A stretch of 64,000 bases of DNA from Candidatus Nomurabacteria bacterium (GCA_020632415.1 JACKFO010000002.1:514732-578731), one strand, 5' to 3'. Shown: positions 29,437-39,597, counted from the stretch's first letter. The notes: generated from the letters alone by a model not told the origin. A program made the numbers and translations.

Positions 29437-30466
29437 TTATTCTGTTTTCAATTTTCTATGATACCTCTCTAAAGCATACAAACCAACTTTGGCAATTGAT
29501 TCTGGACGAAAAAATGGCAAAGAATGATGCCCCATATTTTTGCCAATAATCATCCGCACATATGGACTATTGGGTAATAAATTTTTTTTCAAATACTCTT
29601 CACGTGGATCAAAAAAATCATCCCTAGAAAGACCTTCTTCTACAAACCTTCGTTCTTCTTCTGGCGGAACAATTTTATCTGGCTTAGAAATAGGATCACT
29701 CTCTCCGGATATAATTACTACTGGGACTTTTAACTTTGCTAAATTAGCATTAGCTGACGACATTTCAGATATTTCTTGACGCAATTTCTTTGGATAAGCA
29801 GATTTAAATTTTTTCATATCTCTAAAAACTCCGCCAACAATATCCACTAAAGCACCCGCTCCCTTGGCAACCATCATCAATCTTTGTTTTTTTGAATAAT
29901 TTGCCCGATACAATTGGCTCATAACACTAGCTCCGGTACCAAGGGCTGCATCACTGACAAAATCTTTACTCATTTTAAACTCATCTTGTTGATATAAACC
30001 TGTCGAATCTACCAAAACCACTCCCTCGACATCAACTTCATCTTGAATCTCGCCAGCTAAATCAATCGCCTGATCTCCTCCTTGGGAATAGCCAACTAAA
30101 GTTAACTTTTTTATGCCTTTCTCAATAATAAATTTTTTAAGCGCTTCTACCTTGTCTCGACTTAAATTTTCAAGATTCTCTAAATCAGCTAATTTTGTAA
30201 CCACAGCGTAGGAGGGACTTTCTGCATTTTCTGCTAAAGAACTTCCTATTTTTCTGACAATTTTTGAATGATTATCTGTCCCCCCACCCAGGAAGAAAAA
30301 TTACCGCTCGATCATTTTCAATCTCAATATTTTTTCCTTCAGTAGGTAAAAATTTTTCCCAAGATAAATCAATTTCACTGCCATCGACTGATTCGTATCT
30401 TTTACTTTGAATGCCCTCTTCGTTTTCTTGATCGCTAACTTCAAAATTAATATTTTCAAAACTCAT
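29437..30466 (-). pseudogene. Alpha/beta-hydrolase gene split by a single-base frameshift in a homopolymer
   Basis: ORF 30272-30466 ends ...FLPGWGDR* (HG/oxyanion-hole-like region) and ORF 29437-30204 carries the LVGYSQGG nucleophile elbow. Removing one C from the C6 run at 30280-30285 fuses both into one frame (...PGWGTDNHSKIV...AVVTKLAD...). Confidence 0.6.
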
Positions 30467-30482
30467 AAAAAATAAAATTAAC

Positions 30483-30941
30483 TTAAAGACTCATCAAAAT
30501 CGCTCCCCCGGTCAATAAAATCGCCCCAATCGCTTTGAGCCAAGTCAATTTTTCTCCTAAAAATAAAATCGCAAAAATCAACACAAAAACTACACTCAAA
30601 CGATCCAAAGAAGCAACACCGGTTGCTTGTCCATGTTTTAAAGCGAAAAAATAAAACAACCAAGAAAGCGCGCCGGCTACCCCAGACAAAACGATAAAAA
30701 TCAAAGCCTTGCTATGAATAGTGCTTAGTAATTCAAATTTTCCTAAAAAGAAAGAAACAATTACTAAAAATCCCGCCATTACTACCGCTCTCACACTAGT
30801 TGCCAAAGTGCTGTCTAAATTTTGAATGCCAATTTTACCAAAAATGGCAACCAAAGCAGCAAACCCAGCTGACAACAAAGCATAAACGATCCACAATTGC
30901 ATAAAATTAAAATCAATAATAATACCGACATTATAAAACAA
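30483..30941 (-). CDS. EamA/DMT-superfamily small membrane protein (4 TM helices)
   Basis: Four hydrophobic helices; EamA-like pattern; the start is more likely the internal Met (MQLWIVYALL) near 30869. Confidence 0.5.
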   Translation of the reverse strand: MFYNVGIIIDFNFMQLWIVYALLSAGFAALVAIFGKIGIQNLDSTLATSVRAVVMAGFLVIVSFFLGKFELLSTIHSKALIFIVLSGVAGALSWLFYFFALKHGQATGVASLDRLSVVFVLIFAILFLGEKLTWLKAIGAILLTGGAILMSL

Positions 30942-30973
30942 AAAACAGCGCTCAACAAGAGACTGTTTTTTCC

Positions 30974-31050
30974 TGGTAGTCGCACCTGGACTCGAACCGG
31001 GGACCTCTGCAATGTGAATGCAGCGCTCTAACCAACTGAGCTATGCGACC
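30974..31050 (-). tRNA. tRNA-Val (anticodon CAC), CCA encoded
   Basis: Anticodon stem CTGCA/TGCAG, loop TTCACAT, T-loop TTCGAGT; G1-U72 and one T-stem mismatch noted. Confidence 0.75.
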
Positions 31051-31053
31051 AAG

Positions 31054-31130
31054 TGGTCGTCCTGCCGGGACTTGAACCCGGGACCCCCACTTTATAAGAG
31101 TGGTGCTCTAACCAACTGAGCTACAGGACG
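31054..31130 (-). tRNA. tRNA-Ile (anticodon UAU), CCA encoded
   Basis: Acceptor CGTCCTG/CAGGACG, anticodon stem CCACT/AGTGG, loop CTTATAA, T-loop TTCAAGT. Confidence 0.8.
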
Positions 31131-31192
31131 ATATAAAAATATTATAACAAAATCATTATAGAGGAAGCACCTAATTTTGTGAAGTAAAAATT

Positions 31193-32350
31193 TTAATCTG
31201 GATTGTTAATCAACTTCAGCTTAGCTTGTAAATGCTCTAAAACTTCTTCTTGTGCTAAATCAATCTGTTTAGCTATGCTAAATTTTGCAAACTGACGAGA
31301 ACCCTCTCCTGACCAATTCTTAACTAGAGCTAAGGCGTCAATATTATTTTTACTATAAAGCCAAACCTCTGTGCTTTCAAAATCTAACTGATAAAAAATA
31401 ACTGCTACTTGAGATTGTGGCGTAGATAAGATCAGATCTCTAACTAATTCTTGAAAATCATCTGGCAAGTTTTCAACTTCTTGATGCTCTAAATAAGAAC
31501 TAATAATATTTCCTTTTTTACTAATTCGAGATAAAACTTTGCCCCAAACTTTTAAAACATCAATATTTTTTGTGCGGTACAAAACTTCGATCACCTTTGC
31601 TCGATCAGCTCCGCTAATAATCAAAGCACTCGCCAAATCCAAAGTTTGTGGCGTCACTTGTGCTGACTGAAAACTATTGGTAGCCGAAATCATCCCAGCA
31701 AGCAGCGCTGTAGCTATTTCTGGATTTAAATTTTTTTGTAAAAACTGATGTGAAACTTCTGCTAGAGAAGTAGCTGTCGTCTCGACAATGTTTAGCTGAC
31801 CAAAATTTTCATTAGCCACTTGTCGATCAATGTTGATAATTGGCTTCTGGTGAAAAAATTCTCTAGCCTGAGCAAAAGTAGCTCCTAAAGATTGTAAATT
31901 CTGAGCACCAAAACTGATAATCAAATCATAACGATAATCTTCTGAAAAAGATTTAATATCTGCTGGATTTAAAAATCCACCTTCAGGCAATAAATCAATC
32001 GCCAAGATATCGTCTTTGACGTCATAACTTAATTGTTTAATTTTGGTTTTTTTGAGATCAACTAAAATTTTGAACTTGCCGAAGGCTTCTAGTTTATCTT
32101 CAAAATCCAGATTAGCTGGTAAAAAATCTACGCGTGGCAAATGACCTGAAAAGACCAGATTTACCTTTTTATTTTTAGATAATAAAAAAATGGCCCAAGC
32201 AGCAGCCGTCGAAAGCACGTCTACATTGGGATTTTCCGGACCAGTCAACAAGATTTGATCCGCTTGATTTAACATTTTCTTTAATTGCTCAAGTGTTTCC
32301 ATTGATTTATTAATGATAATAACTGAAAAATATATAATAAATCGAAACAA
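31193..32350 (-). CDS. Hypothetical protein, possibly a degenerate DHH/DHHA1-like phosphoesterase homolog
   Basis: 385 aa soluble protein; overall layout resembles NrnA-like proteins but the DHH catalytic motifs are not evident; the start is possibly the internal Met (METLEQ) at 32302. Confidence 0.4.
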   Translation of the reverse strand: MFRFIIYFSVIIINKSMETLEQLKKMLNQADQILLTGPENPNVDVLSTAAAWAIFLLSKNKKVNLVFSGHLPRVDFLPANLDFEDKLEAFGKFKILVDLKKTKIKQLSYDVKDDILAIDLLPEGGFLNPADIKSFSEDYRYDLIISFGAQNLQSLGATFAQAREFFHQKPIINIDRQVANENFGQLNIVETTATSLAEVSHQFLQKNLNPEIATALLAGMISATNSFQSAQVTPQTLDLASALIISGADRAKVIEVLYRTKNIDVLKVWGKVLSRISKKGNIISSYLEHQEVENLPDDFQELVRDLILSTPQSQVAVIFYQLDFESTEVWLYSKNNIDALALVKNWSGEGSRQFAKFSIAKQIDLAQEEVLEHLQAKLKLINNPD

Positions 32351-32430
32351 ATGTCAATAAGAATTAGTCAAATTCGTTAAAAATATCAATATTTTTACAA
32401 AAAAAGATCAAGTTCAATCTTCTGACTGAC

Positions 32431-34491
32431 TTGACTTTTTTAGATATTTTTAGTAAAGTAAGGGCAAATTTAAAAAATAAAGATGCACTAAATGTTTTAA
32501 GCAGAAGTGTATTTTATTCTCAAAATCCTATGAATGTCAGCTCACTTGCTCGCCAACTAAAAGTCACCACCCAAGAAGTCTTAGAAAAACTTCCTAGCCT
32601 TGGTTTTGATATTGGCGCTCGAGCAATCAAAGTTGATGACAAATTAGTCCCAAAAATCGTTAGTGCTTGGAAGCGTGATGCCAGAAGAAACGCCTTACAA
32701 GAAGAAATGTCTGCTATTAGAGAAATTCATGGCAAAGATGATAAAAAAGGTGGGCCTGAAAAAACTAGAGAAATTTCTATTCCAGAAATAATTATCGTCA
32801 AAGACTTAGCTGAATTGATGAATTTTCCGGTAGCCAGATTAATGGGCGAATTAATGAAAAACGGCATCATGGTCTCTTTGAACGAAAAAATCGATTTTGA
32901 CACAGCAACTATTATTGCCGAAGACTTGGGATTCAAAGTTTTGAAAAGTGACCACGAAGTCATCGAAGAAGAAAATAAACGTGCTAAATTAGAAAAATTA
33001 TTATCCTCCCGAAAATCTAGCGACACTCGCCCACCGGTAGTTGTAGTCATGGGACACGTTGATCATGGTAAAACAAAATTACTAGATGCTATTCGTCAAA
33101 CTAACGTTGTCGATTCTGAAGCTGGTGGCATCACTCAACACATCGGAGCCTACCAAGTCACTACTCATGATCGTTTGATTACTTTTTTGGACACCCCTGG
33201 ACACGAAGCTTTCAAAGCAATGCGTTCCCGTGGTGGTCAAATCGCCGATGTCGCAATTTTGGTCGTCGCAGCTGATGATGGTTTACAACCACAAACTTTA
33301 GAGAGTATCTCAGTCATTCAAAAAGAGAACTTGCCTTTCATCGTTGCGATCAATAAAATCGACAAAGAAGGCGCTGATGTTAATCATGTCAAACAACAAC
33401 TAGCTGAAATCAACTTGAGCCCTGAAGACTGGGGTGGCAAAACAATTTGTCATCCGATTTCTGCCAAAGAAAATATCGGCATTAGCGAACTCTTAGATTT
33501 AATCTTATTAGTCGTTGACTTAAACGAGCTAAAAGCTGATGACTCTGGTCCAGCTGTTGGTACGATCATCGAATCACATATTGATAAAGGCGAAGGCCCA
33601 GTAGCTACTGTCTTGGTTCAAGCTGGAACTTTAAAAATCGGCGATACATTCATCGTCGGAGAAGTTTCTGGTAAAATAAAAACCTTAAAAGACTGGACCA
33701 ACAAAGATGTCAAAAAAGCCAAGCCTGCTACGCCAGTCAAAATCTTAGGCTTAAAGCAAGCTCCAGTTATTGGAGAAGTTTTGGAAGTAATTTCTGATAA
33801 AAAAGAATTCAAAAACCGTAGCAAAAACTTAAATGGCTACCAACAAAACAAAAGCAATAACAGTCAAAATAGCACTGATGATGAAACTACTAATGTTCTT
33901 AACCTAATCATCAAAGCTGACGTTTTAGGCTCTGCTGAGGCAATCGAAGAATCTCTAAATAAAATCAAAGTAGAAAATACTCGAGTCAAAGTTTTGAAAA
34001 AGGGCTTAGGCCAAATTACCGAAGCAGATGTTTTGAATGCTCAAGCTACTGAAGCGATTATCTTAGGCTTTCATATAAAAGAAAACAAAAACATCACTTC
34101 TCTAGCTGATGAAAAACATGTCAAAATTTTACACTTTGATATTATCTATAAACTTTTGGAAGATATCGAACGTCGTCTAGAGACAATCAAAGTCAAAAAG
34201 ACTGTCCATAATATTTTGGGCAAACTAGAAGTTTTGGCAATTTTCAAAACTAACAAAAACAGCATGATCCTCGGCGGCAAAGTTACTGAAGGTAAAATTG
34301 TCAAAGATAGCAAAATCAAAGTTTTGAAAAATGGCGAGATTGAAGCTGTCGGCGAATTAAAAAATTTGCAAGCAGCCAAAGAAAATGTCTCTGAAGTTTT
34401 AGCTGGTACTGAAGCTGGCCTTGAATACAAAGGTGAGCCAATTATTCAGGTTGGTGACACTTTAGAATTTTTCCAAGAAGCCTATGAGTAG
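32431..34491 (+). CDS. infB: Translation initiation factor IF-2
   Basis: G-domain VMGHVDHGKTKLLD, DTPGHEAF, NKID; C-terminal beta-barrel domains. Confidence 0.95.
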   Translation: MTFLDIFSKVRANLKNKDALNVLSRSVFYSQNPMNVSSLARQLKVTTQEVLEKLPSLGFDIGARAIKVDDKLVPKIVSAWKRDARRNALQEEMSAIREIHGKDDKKGGPEKTREISIPEIIIVKDLAELMNFPVARLMGELMKNGIMVSLNEKIDFDTATIIAEDLGFKVLKSDHEVIEEENKRAKLEKLLSSRKSSDTRPPVVVVMGHVDHGKTKLLDAIRQTNVVDSEAGGITQHIGAYQVTTHDRLITFLDTPGHEAFKAMRSRGGQIADVAILVVAADDGLQPQTLESISVIQKENLPFIVAINKIDKEGADVNHVKQQLAEINLSPEDWGGKTICHPISAKENIGISELLDLILLVVDLNELKADDSGPAVGTIIESHIDKGEGPVATVLVQAGTLKIGDTFIVGEVSGKIKTLKDWTNKDVKKAKPATPVKILGLKQAPVIGEVLEVISDKKEFKNRSKNLNGYQQNKSNNSQNSTDDETTNVLNLIIKADVLGSAEAIEESLNKIKVENTRVKVLKKGLGQITEADVLNAQATEAIILGFHIKENKNITSLADEKHVKILHFDIIYKLLEDIERRLETIKVKKTVHNILGKLEVLAIFKTNKNSMILGGKVTEGKIVKDSKIKVLKNGEIEAVGELKNLQAAKENVSEVLAGTEAGLEYKGEPIIQVGDTLEFFQEAYE

Positions 34492-34810
34492 ACGAACCGA
34501 ACAAGTTGCTGAATTGTTAAGACAAGAAATCAATCAAGTCTTAGTCAAAGATTTTGAAGCACCGCTGGGCTCCTTGATCGGAGTATCCGAAGTAGAAGTA
34601 GCACCTGATTTAAAACATGCCACCGCTTACCTAAGTATTATTCCTAGCAATAAAATCGGTTCTGGCTTACAAGCGGTTGAAAAATTTTCTGGACATATTC
34701 AGAAAAAAATCAACCAAAATTTAAAAATGAGATCTGTTCCTAAAATACATTGGCAACTCGATCAACGAGATTTGAAATACAAGATCATTGAAGACGCCAT
34801 CAAAGACTAA
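34484..34810 (+). CDS. rbfA: Ribosome-binding factor A
   Basis: MSRRTEQVAELLRQEI ... KH-like RbfA fold; overlaps the infB stop by 8 nt, as is typical. Confidence 0.9.
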   Translation: MSRRTEQVAELLRQEINQVLVKDFEAPLGSLIGVSEVEVAPDLKHATAYLSIIPSNKIGSGLQAVEKFSGHIQKKINQNLKMRSVPKIHWQLDQRDLKYKIIEDAIKD

Positions 34811-34821
34811 GGAGGAAAACC

Positions 34822-35103
34822 ATGGCCAGACGCCGTAATCACAGCGCCCCGGAAGCAAAGCCACTTCTTACTGTTCATTCTGTTCATTGTCAAAAATGCA
34901 AAAAAGAAAACCCCAGAGAACATCGTTTCTGTCGTTTTTGCAAACACATCATCAATCCCGACGCTCCAGAAGTTGAATCTGAGAATTGCTCACATAATGC
35001 CGTACCCGATGCTCAGCACAGTCTCCTGAGGTACAACTTCTGCCCGCAGTGCGGACTGGACATGCGTACCGGAATGATTGGATTTTTCAGCGTGGCCTTC
35101 TAG
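34822..35103 (+). CDS. Small zinc-ribbon protein (four CxxC pairs), GC-rich
   Basis: Strong SD GGAGG 6 nt upstream of the start; CQKCKK ... CRFCKH ... CPQCG Cys pairs; GC content far above the flanking genes. Confidence 0.5.
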   Translation: MARRRNHSAPEAKPLLTVHSVHCQKCKKENPREHRFCRFCKHIINPDAPEVESENCSHNAVPDAQHSLLRYNFCPQCGLDMRTGMIGFFSVAF

Positions 35104-35190
35104 CTCGACGAACTACAAATTCGACGAGCTTTTTTAATTAGCACCTTTTAGCCTTGACCAGAAGCTCTTTTTCCAGTAAACTACTTCGTT

Positions 35191-36156
35191 ATGCATGAAT
35201 ACCAAGCAATTAGCCAAAAAATAAAAGCTGAGATTGCACGAGCCCAAACAATCCTCGTTATTTCTCATCAAAAACCGGACGGTGATACCTTGGGTTCTAA
35301 TTTAGCATTCAGTCAAATCTTAAAACAACAAGGCAAAACAGTGACCAGCTTTTGTCTTGATCAAGTGCCAGAGCTTTTTCAATTTTTGCCCCACCACGAA
35401 CAAGTGACTAACAATCATTTGGTTTTCAGCAAACACTATGACTTGGTAATCGTCGTTGACTCTGGCAGCTTAAATTATGCTGGCGTAGAACTTTTGATCA
35501 CTGCTTTAAAAGACTATAAATTAATCAATATTGATCACCATGCTTCCAATCCTCTTTACGGCGATGTAAACCTAGTTATCCCTACTGCCTCTTCTTGTGC
35601 TGAAGTAATCTATCGCCTACTCAAAGATTGGCAAATAAAAATAAACTCTGAAGTCGCAACTTTACTTGCCTGTGGCATGATCACTGACACTGGTGGCTTC
35701 ATTAACCCAGCAACTAGCTATCAAGTTTTACAAGCTGCTGCTGATTTGATTGCTCAAGGAGCAAATTTAAGCCAAATCAGTAAAATCACTTTGGGCAATA
35801 AAAATGTCAACAACCTAAAATTATGGGGCCGCGCTTTTAGTCGCTTGCAGTATGTCAAAAAATATAATTTAGTTTATACTTTTATTACTCAAAAAGATTT
35901 TTTGGAATGTGAAACTGATGAAAATTCTGCTGAAGGAATTTCTAATTTTTTACACGTCTTACAAGATGCCAAAATTATTTTGGTTTTAAAAGAAAGCATT
36001 GACGGGCAAATTAAAGGCTCGCTACGAACCACTGAAGACGACATTGATCTGTCAAAATTAGCTGGAATTTTTGGCGGTGGCGGACACAAAAAAGCCTCTG
36101 GCTTTGCCTTGCCAGGCAGACTTAGTTATGATAAGAATAAATTAAGAATTATTTAA
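35191..36156 (+). CDS. nrnA: DHH/DHHA1 phosphoesterase NrnA (oligoribonuclease / pAp phosphatase)
   Basis: [17 protein letters not shown] and [10 protein letters not shown] motifs. Confidence 0.85.
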   Translation: MHEYQAISQKIKAEIARAQTILVISHQKPDGDTLGSNLAFSQILKQQGKTVTSFCLDQVPELFQFLPHHEQVTNNHLVFSKHYDLVIVVDSGSLNYAGVELLITALKDYKLINIDHHASNPLYGDVNLVIPTASSCAEVIYRLLKDWQIKINSEVATLLACGMITDTGGFINPATSYQVLQAAADLIAQGANLSQISKITLGNKNVNNLKLWGRAFSRLQYVKKYNLVYTFITQKDFLECETDENSAEGISNFLHVLQDAKIILVLKESIDGQIKGSLRTTEDDIDLSKLAGIFGGGGHKKASGFALPGRLSYDKNKLRII

Positions 36157-36167
36157 AGATAAAAAAT

Positions 36168-36746
36168 ATGCTAATCCCGACAGTCATCGAAAAAACGTCT
36201 TTAGGTGAACGCTCCTATGACATCTACTCTCGCCTGCTTAAAGACCGAATCATTTTTTTGGGTGAAGAAATTGACGAACACAGCGCTAACTTAGTGATTG
36301 CTCAATTGTTATTTTTGGAATCTCAAGATAAAGAAAAAGCGATCAAGATGTATATCAATTCTCCTGGTGGCTCAGTCACTGATGGTCTAGCGATTTATGA
36401 CACAATGCAATACATCTCTTGTCCAGTTTCTACAATCTGTGTTGGTTTAGCCGCCTCAATGGCTGCTGTCTTACTTGCCGCTGGCGCTGAAGGACAAAGG
36501 TTTGCTTTACCTAACTCCGAAATCTTGATTCATCAAGTAATGGGTGGAGCTTCTGGGCAAGCAAGTGACATCAAAATCAAAGCCGAGCAAATTTTGAAAC
36601 TAAAAAGTAGACTAAACAAAATTTTACAAAAACATACTAAACAAAATTTAAGTAAAATTGAAAAAGATACTGACCGCGATCATTATTTAACTGCCGAAGA
36701 AGCAAAAAAATATAATTTGATCGACAAGATTGTCTCCAATAAATAA
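36168..36746 (+). CDS. clpP: ATP-dependent Clp protease proteolytic subunit
   Basis: Catalytic Ser in [12 protein letters not shown], His in LIHQ; typical ClpP length. Confidence 0.9.
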   Translation: MLIPTVIEKTSLGERSYDIYSRLLKDRIIFLGEEIDEHSANLVIAQLLFLESQDKEKAIKMYINSPGGSVTDGLAIYDTMQYISCPVSTICVGLAASMAAVLLAAGAEGQRFALPNSEILIHQVMGGASGQASDIKIKAEQILKLKSRLNKILQKHTKQNLSKIEKDTDRDHYLTAEEAKKYNLIDKIVSNK

Positions 36747-36779
36747 ATTTCTCTTTTCAAAAAAATAAAAATGTGTTAA

Positions 36780-36907
36780 CATCTCAAACGAGGCGGTAAG
36801 GGTTTTTCAACTCTAAGTCAAACCGTCATGGGATCACCAGTGCATAGCATCATTCATGGTCGAAAGGCCTTGATTGTCGCCATGCGCTTGCTGGTGATCT
36901 TTTTTTA
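36780..36907 (+). ncRNA. Candidate structured RNA / terminator element in the 520-bp clpP-rny intergenic region
   Basis: Perfect 9-bp inverted repeat GATCACCAG ... CTGGTGATC (36831-36899) enclosing a 51-nt internal region, then T7; no ORF. Confidence 0.3.
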
Positions 36908-37271
36908 TCTCACAAAAAAATTCTAAAAATTAATTTTTTCCCACTAATTTAAGCAATTGACTTTTAGCTTTTTTTGTGGTTAAATAAGCTTAACAGTTTA
37001 GTAAAACTGTTCAGATAAAAATTAATTTACTGTTTTGGAAGCTTTTGATTTTATCTACTAGCCTAAACTTATAAAGAAGAAAATTAGCTAGTATTGGCAG
37101 AAAAATTTAAACTATTTTTTGTAAACACAACCTCTGAAATGTTTAAACTAGAAAAAAATACTACTCTAAACAAAAATCGCTTGTTAATTAAACAAGTGCT
37201 TTGTTTTTAAAATTTTTCTTGTAAAAATCTCCAAAAAAAGCCAAAAACAGTAATCCAAGAAAAGGCAAAAT

Positions 37272-38786
37272 ATGGAATACTTAATTATCGCTGGCGCCCT
37301 AGTCCTTGGCTTAATTTTTGGTTATCTACTAAAAAAAATATTACTAAGCAAAAGCGCTGCGCGTGCTGAAAAAAAAGCTGAGAATATTTTGGAAGAAGCT
37401 AAAAATAAAACCAAAAAACTAGAGCTAGAAGCAAAAGATAAGGCTCTCTCAATCATTGAGGAAGCAAAACGTGAAGAAAAAGAAAGACAAAAAAGAATCA
37501 ACGATTTAGAGAATCGCTTGAGTCAACGAGAGAGTTTATTTGATCGTAAACTTTTAGAATTGGAAGACAAAAAACAAAAGACTGAAAACACTCAAAAAGA
37601 GTTAGCTGCCAAAGCTGAAGAGATCAAAAAAATCAAAGAAGAGCAAATGGCAAAAATCGAGAAGATTGCTCAGTTAAATCAAGAAGAAGCTAAGGCTGTC
37701 TTACTCAAAAATGTAGAAACTAGAATGAAAGACGAGTTATTAACTCGCATTCGTAAACTAGAAAACGAAGGCAGTGAAGAGCTAGAATCAAAAGCTAAAA
37801 ATATTTTGGCTACTGTGATCGAACGTTGTGCTGCTCCCCACACCGCCGAAACCACCACAACTAATGTCCCTCTACCAAACGACGAAATGAAAGGTAGAAT
37901 CATTGGTCGTGAAGGACGTAATATCAAAACCATCGAACAACTTACTGGTGTCGAAATTATCATCGATGATACTCCAGAATCAATCATGATTTCTGGCTTT
38001 AATCCAATCCGCAGACATCTAGCTAAACGTGCTTTGGAAAAATTAATGGCTGATGGTCGGATTCACCCAAGCCGAATTGAAGAAGTTGTTGATCAATGTA
38101 AAAAAGACTTAGCTTTGGATATCAAAAAAGCTGGTGAAGAAGCGGCTTACAAAGCTGGCGTGGTTGGTTTGGATACTAAATTGGTCCAAATTTTGGGACG
38201 CTTAAAGTATCGTACTAGCTACGGTCAAAATCAATTGCAACATGCTTTGGAAGTTTCTCATCTTTCTGGCTTACTAGCCTCTGAGCTTGGTGCTGATGTC
38301 AATGTCGTCAAAAAAGGTGGCTTATTACATGATATTGGTAAAGCTTTGGATCATGAAATCCAAGGCTCTCACCCAGACATTGGCTATGACTTAATGAAAA
38401 AATTTGGCTTGTCAGAAGAAGTCGCTTACATGTCCATCGCTCATCATGAAAATGAACCAAAGACTTTGGAAGGAGTGATCGTCAAAATTGCTGACGCGAT
38501 TTCTGGATCACGTCCTGGTGCCCGTCGCGATAGCTTCGAAGAATACATTCAACGTTTAACTGAATTAGAAGCAACCGCCAAAAGTTTCAAAGGCGTAGAA
38601 AAAGCCTTTGCTATTCAAGCTGGTCGTGAAATCCGAGTGATGGTCGCTAGTGATGAAGTTGATGATTATGGTGCTAAAAAATTAGCCCGTGACATTGCTG
38701 ACAAAATTGAGGCTGAATTACGTTATCCTGGAGAAATCAAAGTCAACGTAATTAGAGAAAAAAGAATTGTTGAATATGCAAAATAA
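37272..38786 (+). CDS. rny: Ribonuclease Y
   Basis: N-terminal TM helix, coiled coil, KH domain (GRIIGREGRNIKTIEQLTGV), HD domain (LLHDIGKALDHE). Confidence 0.9.
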   Translation: MEYLIIAGALVLGLIFGYLLKKILLSKSAARAEKKAENILEEAKNKTKKLELEAKDKALSIIEEAKREEKERQKRINDLENRLSQRESLFDRKLLELEDKKQKTENTQKELAAKAEEIKKIKEEQMAKIEKIAQLNQEEAKAVLLKNVETRMKDELLTRIRKLENEGSEELESKAKNILATVIERCAAPHTAETTTTNVPLPNDEMKGRIIGREGRNIKTIEQLTGVEIIIDDTPESIMISGFNPIRRHLAKRALEKLMADGRIHPSRIEEVVDQCKKDLALDIKKAGEEAAYKAGVVGLDTKLVQILGRLKYRTSYGQNQLQHALEVSHLSGLLASELGADVNVVKKGGLLHDIGKALDHEIQGSHPDIGYDLMKKFGLSEEVAYMSIAHHENEPKTLEGVIVKIADAISGSRPGARRDSFEEYIQRLTELEATAKSFKGVEKAFAIQAGREIRVMVASDEVDDYGAKKLARDIADKIEAELRYPGEIKVNVIREKRIVEYAK

Positions 38787-39579
38787 AACAATCAAAATTA
38801 TTTTCTTTGGTGATATTGTCGGCTCACTTGGACGTAAAGCCGTCAAAGAAATCGTTCCGCTTTGGCAAAAAGAATATGCTCCTGATTTGATGATTGCTAA
38901 CATTGAAAATCTAGCACATGGCAAAGGTGTCACTCTCAAAACCGTGGAAGAAATCAAAAGCACCGGCATCCAACTCTTCAGCGGAGGCAATCATATTTGG
39001 GCCAAAGAAAGCATCGAAGATATTGCAGCTCAAACTCATTTTCCGATTGCTCTGCCAGCTAATGACTCTCAAACAACAGATAATTATCTTTGGCAAGATT
39101 TAGAAATCAAAGGCCAAAAAATTGTCTTGCTTAGTTTTTCTGGGCGGACTTTTATGAAAGATGATAATCTAAGTAATCCTTTTTTAAAAGCTGATGAGCT
39201 AATCAAAAAATTTCCTGATTCAATAATTATTGTCGATTTCCATGCTGAAGCCAGTTCTGAAAAAAGAGCATTTGGCTTATACTTAGATGGCCGAGTTTCT
39301 GCTGTTTTAGGCACGCACACTCATGTACCAACTAACGATGCGCAAATTTTGAATCAAGGCACGGGCTATTTGACGGACATCGGCATGATTGGATCCTATC
39401 CTTCAGTGATTGGCGTGAAGTCTGAAATCATTATTAACAAATTTTTAAGTGACGAGCCAAATGGTCGCCATGAATTTGCCGACTCTGGTCAAATCGAACT
39501 AAATGCAGTATTATTAGAAGTGGATACAGTCAGTAAAAAAACTGTCCAAATCCAAAATTTAAGACAAATTTTATCTTAA
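38767..39579 (+). CDS. ymdB: YmdB-family metallophosphoesterase (2',3'-cNMP phosphodiesterase, TIGR00282)
   Basis: IIFFGDIVG ... NIENLAHGKG ... HAE motifs; conserved rny-ymdB operon; 20-nt overlap with rny. Confidence 0.8.
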   Translation: MLNMQNKTIKIIFFGDIVGSLGRKAVKEIVPLWQKEYAPDLMIANIENLAHGKGVTLKTVEEIKSTGIQLFSGGNHIWAKESIEDIAAQTHFPIALPANDSQTTDNYLWQDLEIKGQKIVLLSFSGRTFMKDDNLSNPFLKADELIKKFPDSIIIVDFHAEASSEKRAFGLYLDGRVSAVLGTHTHVPTNDAQILNQGTGYLTDIGMIGSYPSVIGVKSEIIINKFLSDEPNGRHEFADSGQIELNAVLLEVDTVSKKTVQIQNLRQILS

Positions 39580-39597
39580 CTTTAAACGTCTAAGCCT

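Noticed and set aside
32727-34430. Minus-strand ORFs inside infB (32727-33050, 33618-33824, 34146-34430)
   Set aside because: Antisense to a highly conserved IF-2 coding sequence.
36780-36907. Tested the clpP-rny intergenic hairpin region for tmRNA, SRP RNA and RNase P hallmarks
   Set aside because: No tRNA-like end or tag-peptide frame (…GCTGCATAA), no SRP domain-IV motif and no RNase P conserved blocks were recognisable by eye. Left as an unassigned candidate structured RNA.
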